A DNA stretch of 64,000 nt from Octopus sinensis (taxonomy: Eukaryota): positions 206,646,001 to 206,710,000 of the forward strand of contig NC_042997.1 in the NCBI RefSeq assembly GCF_006345805.1. The letters are read 5' to 3'. Shown one piece after another: positions 25,787-36,541 of this stretch (position 1 is the first letter of the stretch; each line of letters starts with the position of its first letter). Made by a program: the position numbers and the translations under genes. The notes under the pieces were generated by a model, which did not search any database, was not told the origin of the DNA, and worked only from the letters and a program-made list of their open reading frames with translations.

Positions 25787-27873
25787 GTGCCAGGGAAAAG
25801 TACCACTGATGCTATATTCCTGGTAAGGCAGCTGCAGGAGAAATACCTAGCCAAAGATAAGCCCCTGTACCTGGCTTTTGTTGACATGGAGAAAGCCTTC
25901 GACAGGGTCCCCCGATCCCTCATATGGTGGTCAATGAGGAAACTAGGAATAGATGAATGGTTAGTGAGAGCTGTGCAAGCCATGTACAGGGACGCTGCTA
26001 GTAAGGTGAGGGTTGGAAATGAGTACAGTGAAGAATTCCGGGTAGAGGTAGGGGTCCACCAAGGCTCAGTCCTCAGCCCCCTCCTATTTATCATAGTCCT
26101 CCAGGCAATAACGGAGGAATTCAAGACAGGATGCCCCTGGGAGCTCCTCTATGCTGATGACCTTGCTCTAATTGCTGAGTCATTATCAGAACTGGAGAAG
26201 AAGTTTCAGGTGTGGAAGCATGGTTTAGAATCGAAGGGCCTTAGAGTCAACCTAGCTAAACCCAAAGTCCTAATAAGTAGGAAGGTAGACAAATCACAAA
26301 CGCCTTCAGGTAGATGGCCCTGCTCGATCTGTAGAAAAGGTGTAGGTAGAAACTCTATAAGATGCACCAAGTGTAAGCTATGGACACATAAGAGGTGCAG
26401 CAATGTCATAGGAAGGCTAACTAGGAAGATGGTTTTTGTATGTGGCAGATGCTCGGGAGCATTAACCTCTGAAAATCTGCAGAAAACAACTTCCGTCACT
26501 TTCCAGGGGGAAAAACTAGAAGTAGTTGATAGCTTCCGTTATCTTGGTGACCAAGTCAGTAGTGGGGGTGGGTGTGCTGAAAGTGTAACGGCTAGAGTAA
26601 GAATAGCCTGGGCAAAGTTTAGGGAGCTCTTACCTCTGTTGGTGACTAAAGGCCTCTCGCTCAGAGTAAAAGGCAGACTGTATGATGCATGTGTACGAAC
26701 AGCCATGCTACATGGCAGTGAAACATGGGCCGTGACTGCTAAGGACATGCGTAAGCTCGCGAGAAACGAAGCCAGTATGCTCCGTTGGATGTGTAATGTC
26801 AGTGTTCATAGTCGACAGAGTGTAAGTACCTTGAGAGAAAAGTTGGACCTAAGAGGAATCAGATGTTGTGTGCAAGAGAGACGATTGCGCTGGTATGGTC
26901 ATGTGGTGAGAATGGATGAAGATAGGTGTGTGAAAAAGTGCCACACCCTGGCAGTTGAGGGGACCTGTGGAAGAGGTAGACCCAGGAAAACCTGGGTCGA
27001 GGTGGTGAAGCACGACCTTCGAACTTTAGGTCTCACCAAGGAAATGACCAGAGACCGAGACCTATGGAAGTATGCTGTGCGTGAGAAGACCCGGCAAGAC
27101 CAGTGAGAACAATCAAAATCAAATCATATATCAGAAAGCAGGGGTTAAGTGACCCATCCGTTCGTGTCCGCTGTCAGCCTCATCTGGCACCCGTGCCGGT
27201 GATACGTAAAAAGCACCATTCGCTCGTGGCCGTTTGCCAGCTCTGCCTGGCCCCGTGTCGGTGGCACGTAAAAGCACCATCCGTTCGTGTTCGTTGCCAG
27301 CCTCGCCTGGCCCCGTGCCGGTGACACGTAAAAGCACCGTCCGTTCATGGCCGTTTGCCAGCTCTGTCTGGCCCCGTGTCGGTGGCACGTAAAAGCACCA
27401 TCCGTTCGTGGCCGTTTGCCAGCTCTGTCTGGCCCCGTGTCGGTGGCACGTAAAAGCACCATCCGTCCGTGTCTGTTGCCAGCCTCGGCTGGCCCCCGTG
27501 CCGGTGACACGTAAAAGTACCGTCCGTTCGTGGCCGTTTGCCAGCTCTGTCTGGCCCCGTGTCGGTGGCACGTAAAAGCACCATCCGTTCGTATCCGTTG
27601 CCAGCATCGCCTGGCCCCGTGCCGGTGACACGTAAAAGCACCATCCGTTCGTGGCCGTTCACCAGCTCTGTCTGGCACCTGTGCAGGTGGCACGTAAAAA
27701 ACACCCACTACACTCGCGGAGTGGTTGGCGTTAGGAAGGGCATTCAGCCGTAGAAACACTGCCAGATCTGACTGGGCCTGACGAAGCCTTCCAGCTTCAA
27801 AGACCCCAGTTGACCCGTCCAACCCATGCTAGCATGGAAAGCGGACGCTAAACGATGATGATGATGATGATGA
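25787..27873 (+). mobile_element. Young 5'-truncated RTE LINE with an uninterrupted 439-aa RT/PHD C-terminal ORF (25787-27106), minisatellite 3' UTR and (GAT)n tail
   Basis: DMEKAFDRVP, HQGSVLSPLLF, LYADDL, C4HC3 motif, GRGRPRKTW; no internal stops; begins abruptly after a (TA)n run. Confidence 0.95.
27140..27700 (+). repeat. 60/61-bp minisatellite (~9 units) in the RTE 3' UTR
   Basis: gtaaaagcacc anchor at 27268, 27328, 27389, 27450, 27511, 27572 and 27632. Confidence 0.95.
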
Positions 27874-28535
27874 TTATATATATATATATATATTTATATA
27901 CATACGTACATATATATAAGGGAGATTTTATCATTATATGTTTTTATGAGTTTTGGTTTGTCATGGTAGTTTTATTAAGGAATTCGTAGTAATTTGTGTC
28001 TATTTGCGATGTCTGTTGTTTTATTGCATGTTTTCATTCATAATTTTTAAGTAATGTTCGTTTTACCAAGTGAATATAATTTTTAATTCCATTTGTTCCA
28101 TTTCTCCATTCATAATTTTAAATGATGTCCGTTTCTAGAGCGGGAATGTGGGTTGTATGTGTGTGTGAGGGAGTATGAATAAGTATTGTGTTGAAGTATT
28201 TGGCTATTTTATTTATTTATCGTTGCCTAGACGTTTTTATGTGTATGTATAGGGATATATATATAGGTGTGTGATTTAGTGTATGTATTTAGATATGGTT
28301 ATATATAATTAGTTATATGTGTATGGGTGTATATATAGTTTATTTTTTGTTTTGTTTTATATTTTATATTTTATATTTAATTGTTGAAAGGTTTATTTTA
28401 GTTTATATATTGATTATATATGGATTATATATAGGTTATATATAGATTATATATTTATATTTTTTCATTAATACTTTAATTATTTTAAAATTATTAATTT
28501 TATATTTTAAAATATTGATATTTTAGATTGGAAGT

Positions 28536-28578
28536 CCACCTGAAGATTGTCGATTAGGACAAGAAACAATTGTAGTGG
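28536..28578 (+). ncRNA. Minimal type I hammerhead ribozyme (Penelope-like-element type)
   Basis: ccac-CUGAAGA-ttgtc[gattag]gacaa-GAAA-caattg-UA-gtgg: intact core, 4-bp stem I, 5-bp stem II, palindromic ACAAUUGU stem III, GUA cleavage triplet. Confidence 0.85.
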
Positions 28579-28743
28579 CGGTTTTTTTGACTTTTTATTA
28601 AAATTTTATGTATTGATTAAGTCTTTCCTTGTTTGTTTTGCAAAATAGTGGTTTTGTCTCTAATAATATTATATAATATTTTACTATAAAATTGGATTTA
28701 ATCCTAAATCTGATTTTTTTCCCTGTAAATTTGATTTATTCCC

Positions 28744-28809
28744 TAATATTTATTATATATATATATATATATATTTATATACATACGTACATATATATAT
28801 ATATTTATT

Positions 28810-28883
<74 letters not shown>

Positions 28884-29063
28884 TATATACATACATATAT
28901 ATATACATACATATATATATATATATTATATAATATATATATTTATATACATACATACATATATATATATATATGTATATATATATATGTATGTATGTAT
29001 ATAAATCATCATCATCATCATCGACGTTAAACGATGATGATGATGATTTATATACATACATAC

Positions 29064-29104
<41 letters not shown>

Positions 29105-29213
29105 CATACATACATATATATATACATATATATATATATATACACATACATACATATATACATACATACATATATATATACATACATACATATATATATA
29201 CATACATATATAT

Positions 29214-29246
<33 letters not shown>

Positions 29247-29277
29247 TACATACATACATATATACATACATATATAC
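28744..29277. repeat. Compound (TA)n/(TACA)n microsatellite
   Basis: Directly visible; accounts for the Y/I-rich ORFs in the track. Confidence 0.97.
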
Positions 29278-29437
29278 GACAGGCTTCTTTCAGTTTCCGT
29301 CTACCAAATCCACTCACAAGGCATTGGTCGGCCTGGGGCTATAGCAGAAGACACTTGCCCGAGATGCCAAGCAGTGGGACTGAACCCGGAACCATGTGGT
29401 TGGTTAGCAAGCTACTTACCACACAGCCACTCCTGCG
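29277..29437 (-). mobile_element. tRNA-derived SINE head (same family as the SINE split by the Tx1)
   Basis: Minus strand reads ggcgcaggagtggctgtgtggtaagtagcttgctaaccaaccacatggttccgggttcagtccca (box A/box B). Confidence 0.88.
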
Positions 29438-29499
29438 CCTTAACACATTTCACTCATCCACTCACCCCATATCCATATTCACCATACACATCAAAATCT

Positions 29500-30070
29500 A
29501 ATTCCAAAAGATGATAAAAGAGTCAGTGAGAGAAGATCATTTGAGATATCTAAATGGAGTTCCTCTGTGATGGCACCACTGCTGGTTTATCAGATTTCTG
29601 CACAGTTATTAAATGTCCCTTAACCAATTTCTAGGCCGTAGCAGACATTGAATATTTCAATGAGAGTTAACAACACTGGATTGATTATCTCAGTATATCT
29701 ATAATTGACAAACTCAGAATGGTGATTGCTAGGCCTGGTGTTCGCTTATTGATATTTCTGTCCAGTCCTGCAGACTCTCCACTATACCTAGTCCTTCTTT
29801 CTCATAACATTATCCCTCTGGAATTCCACCCCTTCTCTTATCTTTCCTGCAATATTTTCATTTACAAAGGTTCAAGAGGAACATTAATGGATGGGGACAT
29901 ACCCTTCCTCCCAATCCAAATAAAAGTGTTGGTTCCACAATAATAAAATACACCTGGTTTACTCTAGAGCAGATATTAGGAAGGGGACCTGGCAGTAGAA
30001 ACGATGCCAAACATGGAATGTGTAAGCAACATGACATCCTCTCTGTGTGAGAAAGGATTCTAAACAGCAA
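29500..30070 (-). mobile_element. Highly decayed L1/Tx1-like RT remnant
   Basis: GRVCPHPLMFLLNL resembles the RQGCPLSPLLF motif; otherwise weak. Confidence 0.4.
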
Positions 30071-30154
30071 TCAATGTGGAGAGTGACTGTCCAGCTCAGG
30101 ACAATAGGAAGGGTGGGTAGATGAGGATGATGATGTTGATTATAATATACTTAC

Positions 30155-30332
30155 CATTTCTACCACAATAGCTATGGTTGAATCCTGATTTATTTATTCC
30201 CTTAACAGCTCTTTCAGCAGTACCATGCCAAAGGCCATCAACTTCATTTGTAATGTTTGGATTTTTTGCCTCAAACTTTCTTTTCAGTGCTTGGTATCCC
30301 TGGTACAATGTTTTATTTTGAATTCTCTCAAT
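30155..30332 (-). CDS. PARP14: PARP14-like gene, catalytic exon containing the HGT histidine
   Basis: tttctacag| acceptor and |gtaag donor; phase 0-1, 178 bp. Encodes IERIQNKTLYQGYQALKRKFEAKNPNITNEVDGLWHGTAERAVKGINKSGFNHSYCGRN. Confidence 0.92.
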
Positions 30333-31140
30333 CTGTAGAAAAGGAAAATACATTTATGAAAAGACAATCAGTTCACTTCTTTGACAAGGAAATAACATTT
30401 GTGGTGAAAATCCCCAACCCTATCTGTTTTTTTTTTCTTTTTTTATTTGATACCAATTTTGATTCAACTGTAATTTTTGGTAAGGCATAATAGTTTAGCT
30501 GCAAAATGGTGTTGCATTTACAATTCAATGCAAGAAATTAAAGCAGAGGTATTTTTGTTGAGCAAAGATTTCTTGTGAATATCCAAAAACACATAAAACC
30601 ATCCCAAAATAGGTTCATACATCTTCATCATCATCATTTAATATCCACCTTCTATGCTGGCATGGGTGGGATGGTTTGACAGGATCTGGCCAGCCAGAGG
30701 CCTGCACCAGACTTCTGTGTCTGTTTTGGCAGGCTTTTTATAGCTGGATACCCTTCCAAATGCCAACCACTTTACAGTGTGGAGTGGATGCTTTTTAAAT
30801 GGCACCAGCACAGACAGGGTCACCAAGTAACTTGCAAGACAAGGATCCTTTGAGAAGGGAGGGGGCATTGGAGGAGGGGATCTTGTGTCAGATGTTGAAA
30901 CCTTTCATATAACCTTTCATAGTGAGACAGAAATAGGGGTCTTGTTGTAAGGAGGTACAAGGTTACCTGGCTGGTGCAGGGACAGATATAGATAGATCAG
31001 GAACGAGGCTAGAAACAACTGTGCTGTCACAATGGACATACAATGAAATTTTAATTTTTTATACAAACAAAATGTCTCTTAAAATTTTCTTAACAGCATG
31101 CCATCCAATATTGTTTATAAATAAAAGTAAAAATACTAAC

Positions 31141-31274
31141 TTTGATTATACGATAGGAAGGCAAATTCCGATGGAAAGTGGCTTGGATGTCATCATATTC
31201 TGGTCCATTTGTGACTGGAACGATTTTAATTAATTCCTTGTCTCCCATTGGTGACCATGTATCAGGGGTCACTT
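31141..31274 (-). CDS. PARP14: PARP14-like gene, exon at start of catalytic domain
   Basis: ctctag| acceptor and |gttagt donor; phase 1-0, 134 bp. Encodes VTPDTWSPMGDKELIKIVPVTNGPEYDDIQATFHRNLPSYRIIK, matching the PxxW...EYxxV segment preceding the ART core of mono-PARPs. Confidence 0.85.
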
Positions 31275-31411
31275 CTAGAGTTCAAACAGAAATCAAATAT
31301 TTCAGAATTAAAATAAAATTACGAACCCTTTTTCTGTTGAAAGTTTAGAAAAGAAAACAAGAATATTTTGATTAATAGACAAAAAATACTGAAACACAGC
31401 ACTGTAGTTTT

Positions 31412-31457
<46 letters not shown>

Positions 31458-31489
31458 CAGTAGCAGCAGCAAATGATTGCCGTCCACTT

Positions 31490-32590
31490 GTGACCGAGGA
31501 AGACCATTGCTGACCTTCAGTAACATTGTGTGCTCTAGGACTAACTTATATTTTGCATTTGCGGCCCCAGTGGTAGCTAATGAGCCCTGCTCTTGACAAG
31601 CATACACAACTGCAAACATTGCAAACCTAGCTTTACCCATTCACTACACCAGCTGTGCGCTTTTGAGCAGCACACTCAAGTTCTTCATGCAGAACAGGTG
31701 CTCTCTCAAAGGTGTTGACCCCACATCCTTAACCTGCTTCGTCCTTCTGTGCATATCACAGGCCTTTAATGAGGGCTTGACACAGTCCTTAAATTGCAGC
31801 TTTAGTTTCTGCCGGGGTCTCTTTCCATCCACAAGTTCTCCCCCCCCCCCTATAGCATCTGTTTAGGGATCCTGCTATCCTTCATTCTAATAAGGAGTCC
31901 AGTCCAACGTAACCGCTGCTTGTGCACCATCACCTCAATACTCAAGATATCAGCTGTCCTAGGACCTGTGTGTCTGAAGCTTTTAAGGTCCAGCCAACAT
32001 TCAGAATGTCTCTTAGACATCTCTGATGGAAGCATTCAAGGACTTTTACATGACGTTTGTAAAGGGTCCATGTCCCACATAAGTAAAGGAGTGATGTCAG
32101 TACACATGCACGGTACACAGCAATTTTTGTTTACCTTGTGATGCCATGCTGGGACCAGACACGAGGCTGAAGAGACCGGAAGGAATTAGTTGCTCTCTGC
32201 AGCCTGAAAGATATTTCCTCATCCAGGGAGCAAGAACGGCTGGGTGTGCTGCCCAGGTAGACAAACTTGTCTACCACATTCAGTATTGTTCCTTCAACCA
32301 AGATAGCTGATACCACATATGGGTTTCCTGGTGCAGGCTGGAACATTACAAAAGTCTTGTCCAGGCTAATGCTGAGTCCACATGCCTTGCAAGAAGCAGA
32401 AATACGATTCATGAGTATTTGCATGTCATCCACTGTATGAGTGAGTAAGTGACAGTCATCTGCATAAAGGAGGTCATTATTAAGAGACTGGAAAAGTTCT
32501 GAATTGGCAGAAAATCTTGTGTCTGGACATTCTTTCTTTGCTCTGTATTGTTGTCTCACTCTTATAACACACACAAACACTTGTTGCACG
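31490..32590 (-). mobile_element. RTE (BovB-like) RT 3' fragment
   Basis: DLLYADDCHLL...GLSISLDKTFVMFQP...VVDKFVYLGS; RLRWTGLLIRMKDSRIPKQML; GKRPRQKLKLQFKDCVK. Confidence 0.88.
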
Positions 32591-33119
32591 CACTGTTGTT
32601 AGTACTTAAAACGGACACACGGACACACTTGTCACACACACTCAGACAAACACTCTGCTAGCACTCACACACACTCTTATTGTACACTTCTGTAAACAAA
32701 AGTCTTTCTTTTCTCAAACAGTAGAACGGTTGTGTTTTTCTCCTTATTCTTTACTGGCACTCTTTATTGCTTCATTCCATTTATTTTGGCTTATTCTTTG
32801 TGGGACAACCATGCAGCTTTTAAAAGGAGACATTTCTGTCACCATCTCCTTTACATAGGGTCGTTCACTACAAACTCATAAAGCAAAATAAGCCGAATAT
32901 GCTCATTTGTCACTTTCATTATAGCTTCGAAGAAATAATTGTTAAAATTGAACTGCACTCCTCAAAATGTGCACTAAGAATAAGGGCATGATAAAATTAC
33001 TACCTGCCTTTATAGCAAGTTGATGCAGGTAGTTCATCCCGACTCTATCTGATTTTAGTTCAGGCAATTGAGAAAACCGTATTATTTATGGGATGACCCA
33101 ATATATATATATATGTATA

Positions 33120-34740
33120 TCATCATCATCATTGTCGTCGTCCTTTAACGTCCGTTTTCATTGCTGGCATGGGTCAGACGATTTGTCTGATGGGTGGAAA
33201 GTCAGAAGGCTGCACCAGGCTCCAATCATATCTGACAGTTTCTACAGCTGGATGCCCTTCCTAACATCAACCACTCCACGAGTGTAGTGGGTGCTTTTTA
33301 CATTCCAGTGGCACAAGTGCCAATTAGGCGGTACTGGCATTAACCATGCTTGAATGGTGCTTTTTATGTGCCATCAGCAGAGGAACCAGTCAAGCGGCAC
33401 CAGCATCGACCATGCTCAAATGGTGCTTTTTACATGCCACCAGCATGGGTGGCAGTCAGGCGGTACTGGCATTGGCCACAACAATGATTTCATTTGACTC
33501 AACAAGTCTTCTTAAGCACAGTTTATTGACCAATGATTGACAGGTACTCTTAAATGGGCTGGTTATGCTACACTGGCCACGGTTATGGTCCCACCTGGCT
33601 TCCCAAGTCTTCTCAAGCACAGCATATCCCCACAGTACTCAGTCACTTGTTATCGCCCCTGTGAGGCCAAACATTCAAAGGTCATGCTTCACCTCCTCAT
33701 CTCAGGTCTTACTGGGTCTACCTTTTCCACAGGTTCCCTCTAATGCTAGGGTGTGACTCCTTTTCACACAGCTGTCCTCATCTATATGTAACCCATGACC
33801 ATACCAACACAATCATCTCTCTTGCACACCATATCTGATGCTTCTTATGTTAAACTTTTCTCTCGGGGTGCTCACACTCTGACATGTATGCACACTGACA
33901 TTACACATCCAGTGGAGCATACTAGCTTCATTTCTTGCAAGCTTACACATGTTTTTAGCAGTCAGAGCCCATGTTTCACTGCCATGTAGCATAGCTGTTC
34001 ACACACATGCATCATACAGTCTACCTTTTACTCTGAGTGAGAGGCATTTTGTCACTAGCAGAGGTAGGAGCTCTCTGAATTTTGCCAGGCTATTCTTATT
34101 TTAGCAGCTACACTCTCAGAGCATCCACCCCACCCCACCACTAACTTGGTCACCTAGGTAATGGAAGCTATCAGCTACTTCTAGTTTTTCTCCCTGGCAT
34201 GTGACAGAAGCTGTTTTCTGTGCATTTGCCACACACAAAAACTATCTTCTCAGTTAGCCTTCTTTTGATATTGCTGCACCACTTATGTGTCTAAAGCTTG
34301 CACCGTGTACATCTTATGGACTTTCAACCTATACCTTTTCTACAGACCAAGAAGGGATTTGTGATTTGTCTGCCTTCCTACTTATTAGGACTTTGGTTTT
34401 AGCTAGGTTGACTCTAAGGCTCTTTGATTCTAGACCTTGCTTCCACACCTGAACCTCCTCCTGTTGTTCTGATAGTGACTCAGCAATTAGAGCAAAGTCA
34501 TCAGTGTAGAGGAGCTCCCAGGGGCATCCTGTCTTGAATTCCTCCATTATTTCCTGGAGGACTATAATAAATAGGAGGGGGCTGAGGACTGAACCTTGGT
34601 GGACCACTACCTCTACCCTGAATTCTTCACTATACTCATTGCCAATCTTCACCTTAATGATAGTATCCATGTAGATAGCTTGTACAGCTCTCACTAACCA
34701 CATCTATCTTGAGTTTCCACATTGACCACCAGATAAGGGG
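33120..34740 (-). mobile_element. RTE LINE 3' fragment with degenerate minisatellite UTR and tail
   Basis: HQGSVLSPLLFIIVLQ...LLYTDD; (ATC)n tail at ~33120. Confidence 0.85.
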
Positions 34741-34914
34741 GACTAGCTTTAAAAGTTGAACTCCTAGCAGACTTTTCAGCTCACTCATGAAGAGGGCTCA
34801 TTGGGCATGTCGTCCAAAACTAAAGGGAGCTAAATAGCATGATTATGATACATCTATAATGAGTATACGCCCTAGTAGCTTTTGATCAGAAGTTAGGATG
34901 AATGAAAATTAATT

Positions 34915-35940
34915 CTAAGGTGAGGGTTGGCAACGAGTATAGTGAAGAATTCAAGATAGAAGTAGGGGTTCACCAAGAATCAGTCTTCAGTCCCCTCATT
35001 CATTATAGTCCTCCAGACAATAACAGAGGAATTCAAGACAGGCTACCCCTGGAAGCTCCTCTATGCTCATGACCTTGCTCTAATAGCCGAGAACTAGAGA
35101 CAAAGTTTCGGGTGTGGAAGCAAGGTCTAGAATGGAAGGGCCTCTGGGTATACCTAGCAAAAACCAAAGTCTTAGTAAGTATGATGCATGTGTGCAAACT
35201 GCCATGCTACACGGCAGTAAAACATGGGCCATGACTGCTGAGGACGTGTAAGCTTACAAGAAATGAAGCTAGTATGCACTTCTGGATGTGTAATGTCAGT
35301 GTGCATACACAACAGAGTGTAAGCGCCCTGAGAGAAAAGTTGGACCATAAGAAGCATCAAATGTGGTGTGCAAGAGAGATGACTGCGCTGGTATGGCTAT
35401 GTGTTATGTATGGATGAGGACAGCAGTGTGAGGAAGTGCCACTCCCTAACTGTGTAAGGAACCTGTGGAAGAGGTAGACCCAGGAAGACCTGAGATGAGG
35501 TGGCAATGACGGGAAAACAAGACCTTTGGAGATATGATGTGATTGAGAAGACTCTGCAACTAAAGTGGGATCACAGCCATGGTCGATGCCAGTGTTGCAT
35601 GTCTGGCCCATTTAAGAGTACCTTTGATGTGTCGGGCAATATGATATGCTTGAGAAATCCTGTTGAGTGAAGTAAAACCAAAATCGTAGCTGTGGCCTGT
35701 GACCCCTCACTCACTCCTGTTCCAGTGGTTTGTAAAATGCATCATCCAAATGTGGTCGATGCCAGGTCCACCTAACTGGCTCCCATGCCAGTGGCATGTA
35801 AAAGGCACCCACTGCACTCTCGGAGTGGTTGGCATTAGGAAGGACATCCAGCTGTAGAAGCATGCTGGCTCTCCAAACCTGTCAAACCGTCCAACCCATG
35901 CTAGTATGGAAAACAGACGTTAAAACGATGATGATGATCA
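34915..35940 (+). mobile_element. Internally deleted RTE 3' fragment
   Basis: RT motif remnants at 34915-35180, C-terminal remnants, conserved 3' tail ending (GAT)n. Confidence 0.8.
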
Positions 35941-36441
35941 TCATTATGAATCATTCTATTGTTCCAGTCCCAAGCTGAATTCCAACTGTTGGCCAATTTC
36001 TCCCAAAGTTCTTATCTCAATGTAAAATTAAAAAATTGAATGTCATTTATCTCTCCTCTGGATTTCTGACGTCAACTGACAAATGCCATCCGGGATGGTG
36101 TGAATCAGCCAAGCTTTACCTGCTAGAAATAACAACCTAAATGCTTTTAAATCAGATCTCAATGCTGGATGTTCGAGATTTTCAATCCTGAGATCATTCT
36201 AATTCCAAAAAGGTATATTTTTGAGCAATTGTACACTGAAATACAGACAGACAGAATTTCACTTTTATTATCTTTATATATAAAAGAGAAGTTGTGTGTC
36301 TGTCTACTCCGATTTAGATTCCTAACTACTCCCACATTTTGCGGTGCAGTTTAACCAAAACCGGGTATCTTATAGTCGTGATTCATATCGAGCCCTTCTG
36401 GGTATTAGCGCGCGTCTACGATGAGTCTACGATTTAAAAAA

Positions 36442-36541
36442 NNNNNNNNNNNNNNNNNNNNNNNNNNNNNNNNNNNNNNNNNNNNNNNNNNNNNNNNNNN
36501 NNNNNNNNNNNNNNNNNNNNNNNNNNNNNNNNNNNNNNNNN
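36442..36541. other. Assembly gap (100 N; true size unknown)
   Basis: Run of N. Confidence 1.

Noticed and set aside
25717-26748. Recurrent minus-strand ORFs such as MNSSVIAWRTMINRRGLRTEPWW
   Set aside because: Antisense shadow frames of the RTE RT, repeated wherever the element occurs.
29277-29437. Functional tRNA gene
   Set aside because: Box A/B are present, but no complete cloverleaf forms and the sequence continues into a SINE body found several times in the window.
28692-29501. Y/I/H-rich ORFs
   Set aside because: Translations of (TA)n/(TACA)n microsatellite.
32811-32858. MQLLKGDIS, resembling a macrodomain start, in the interval lacking PARP exons
   Set aside because: Wrong strand for the gene, only 15 codons, no downstream macrodomain motifs.
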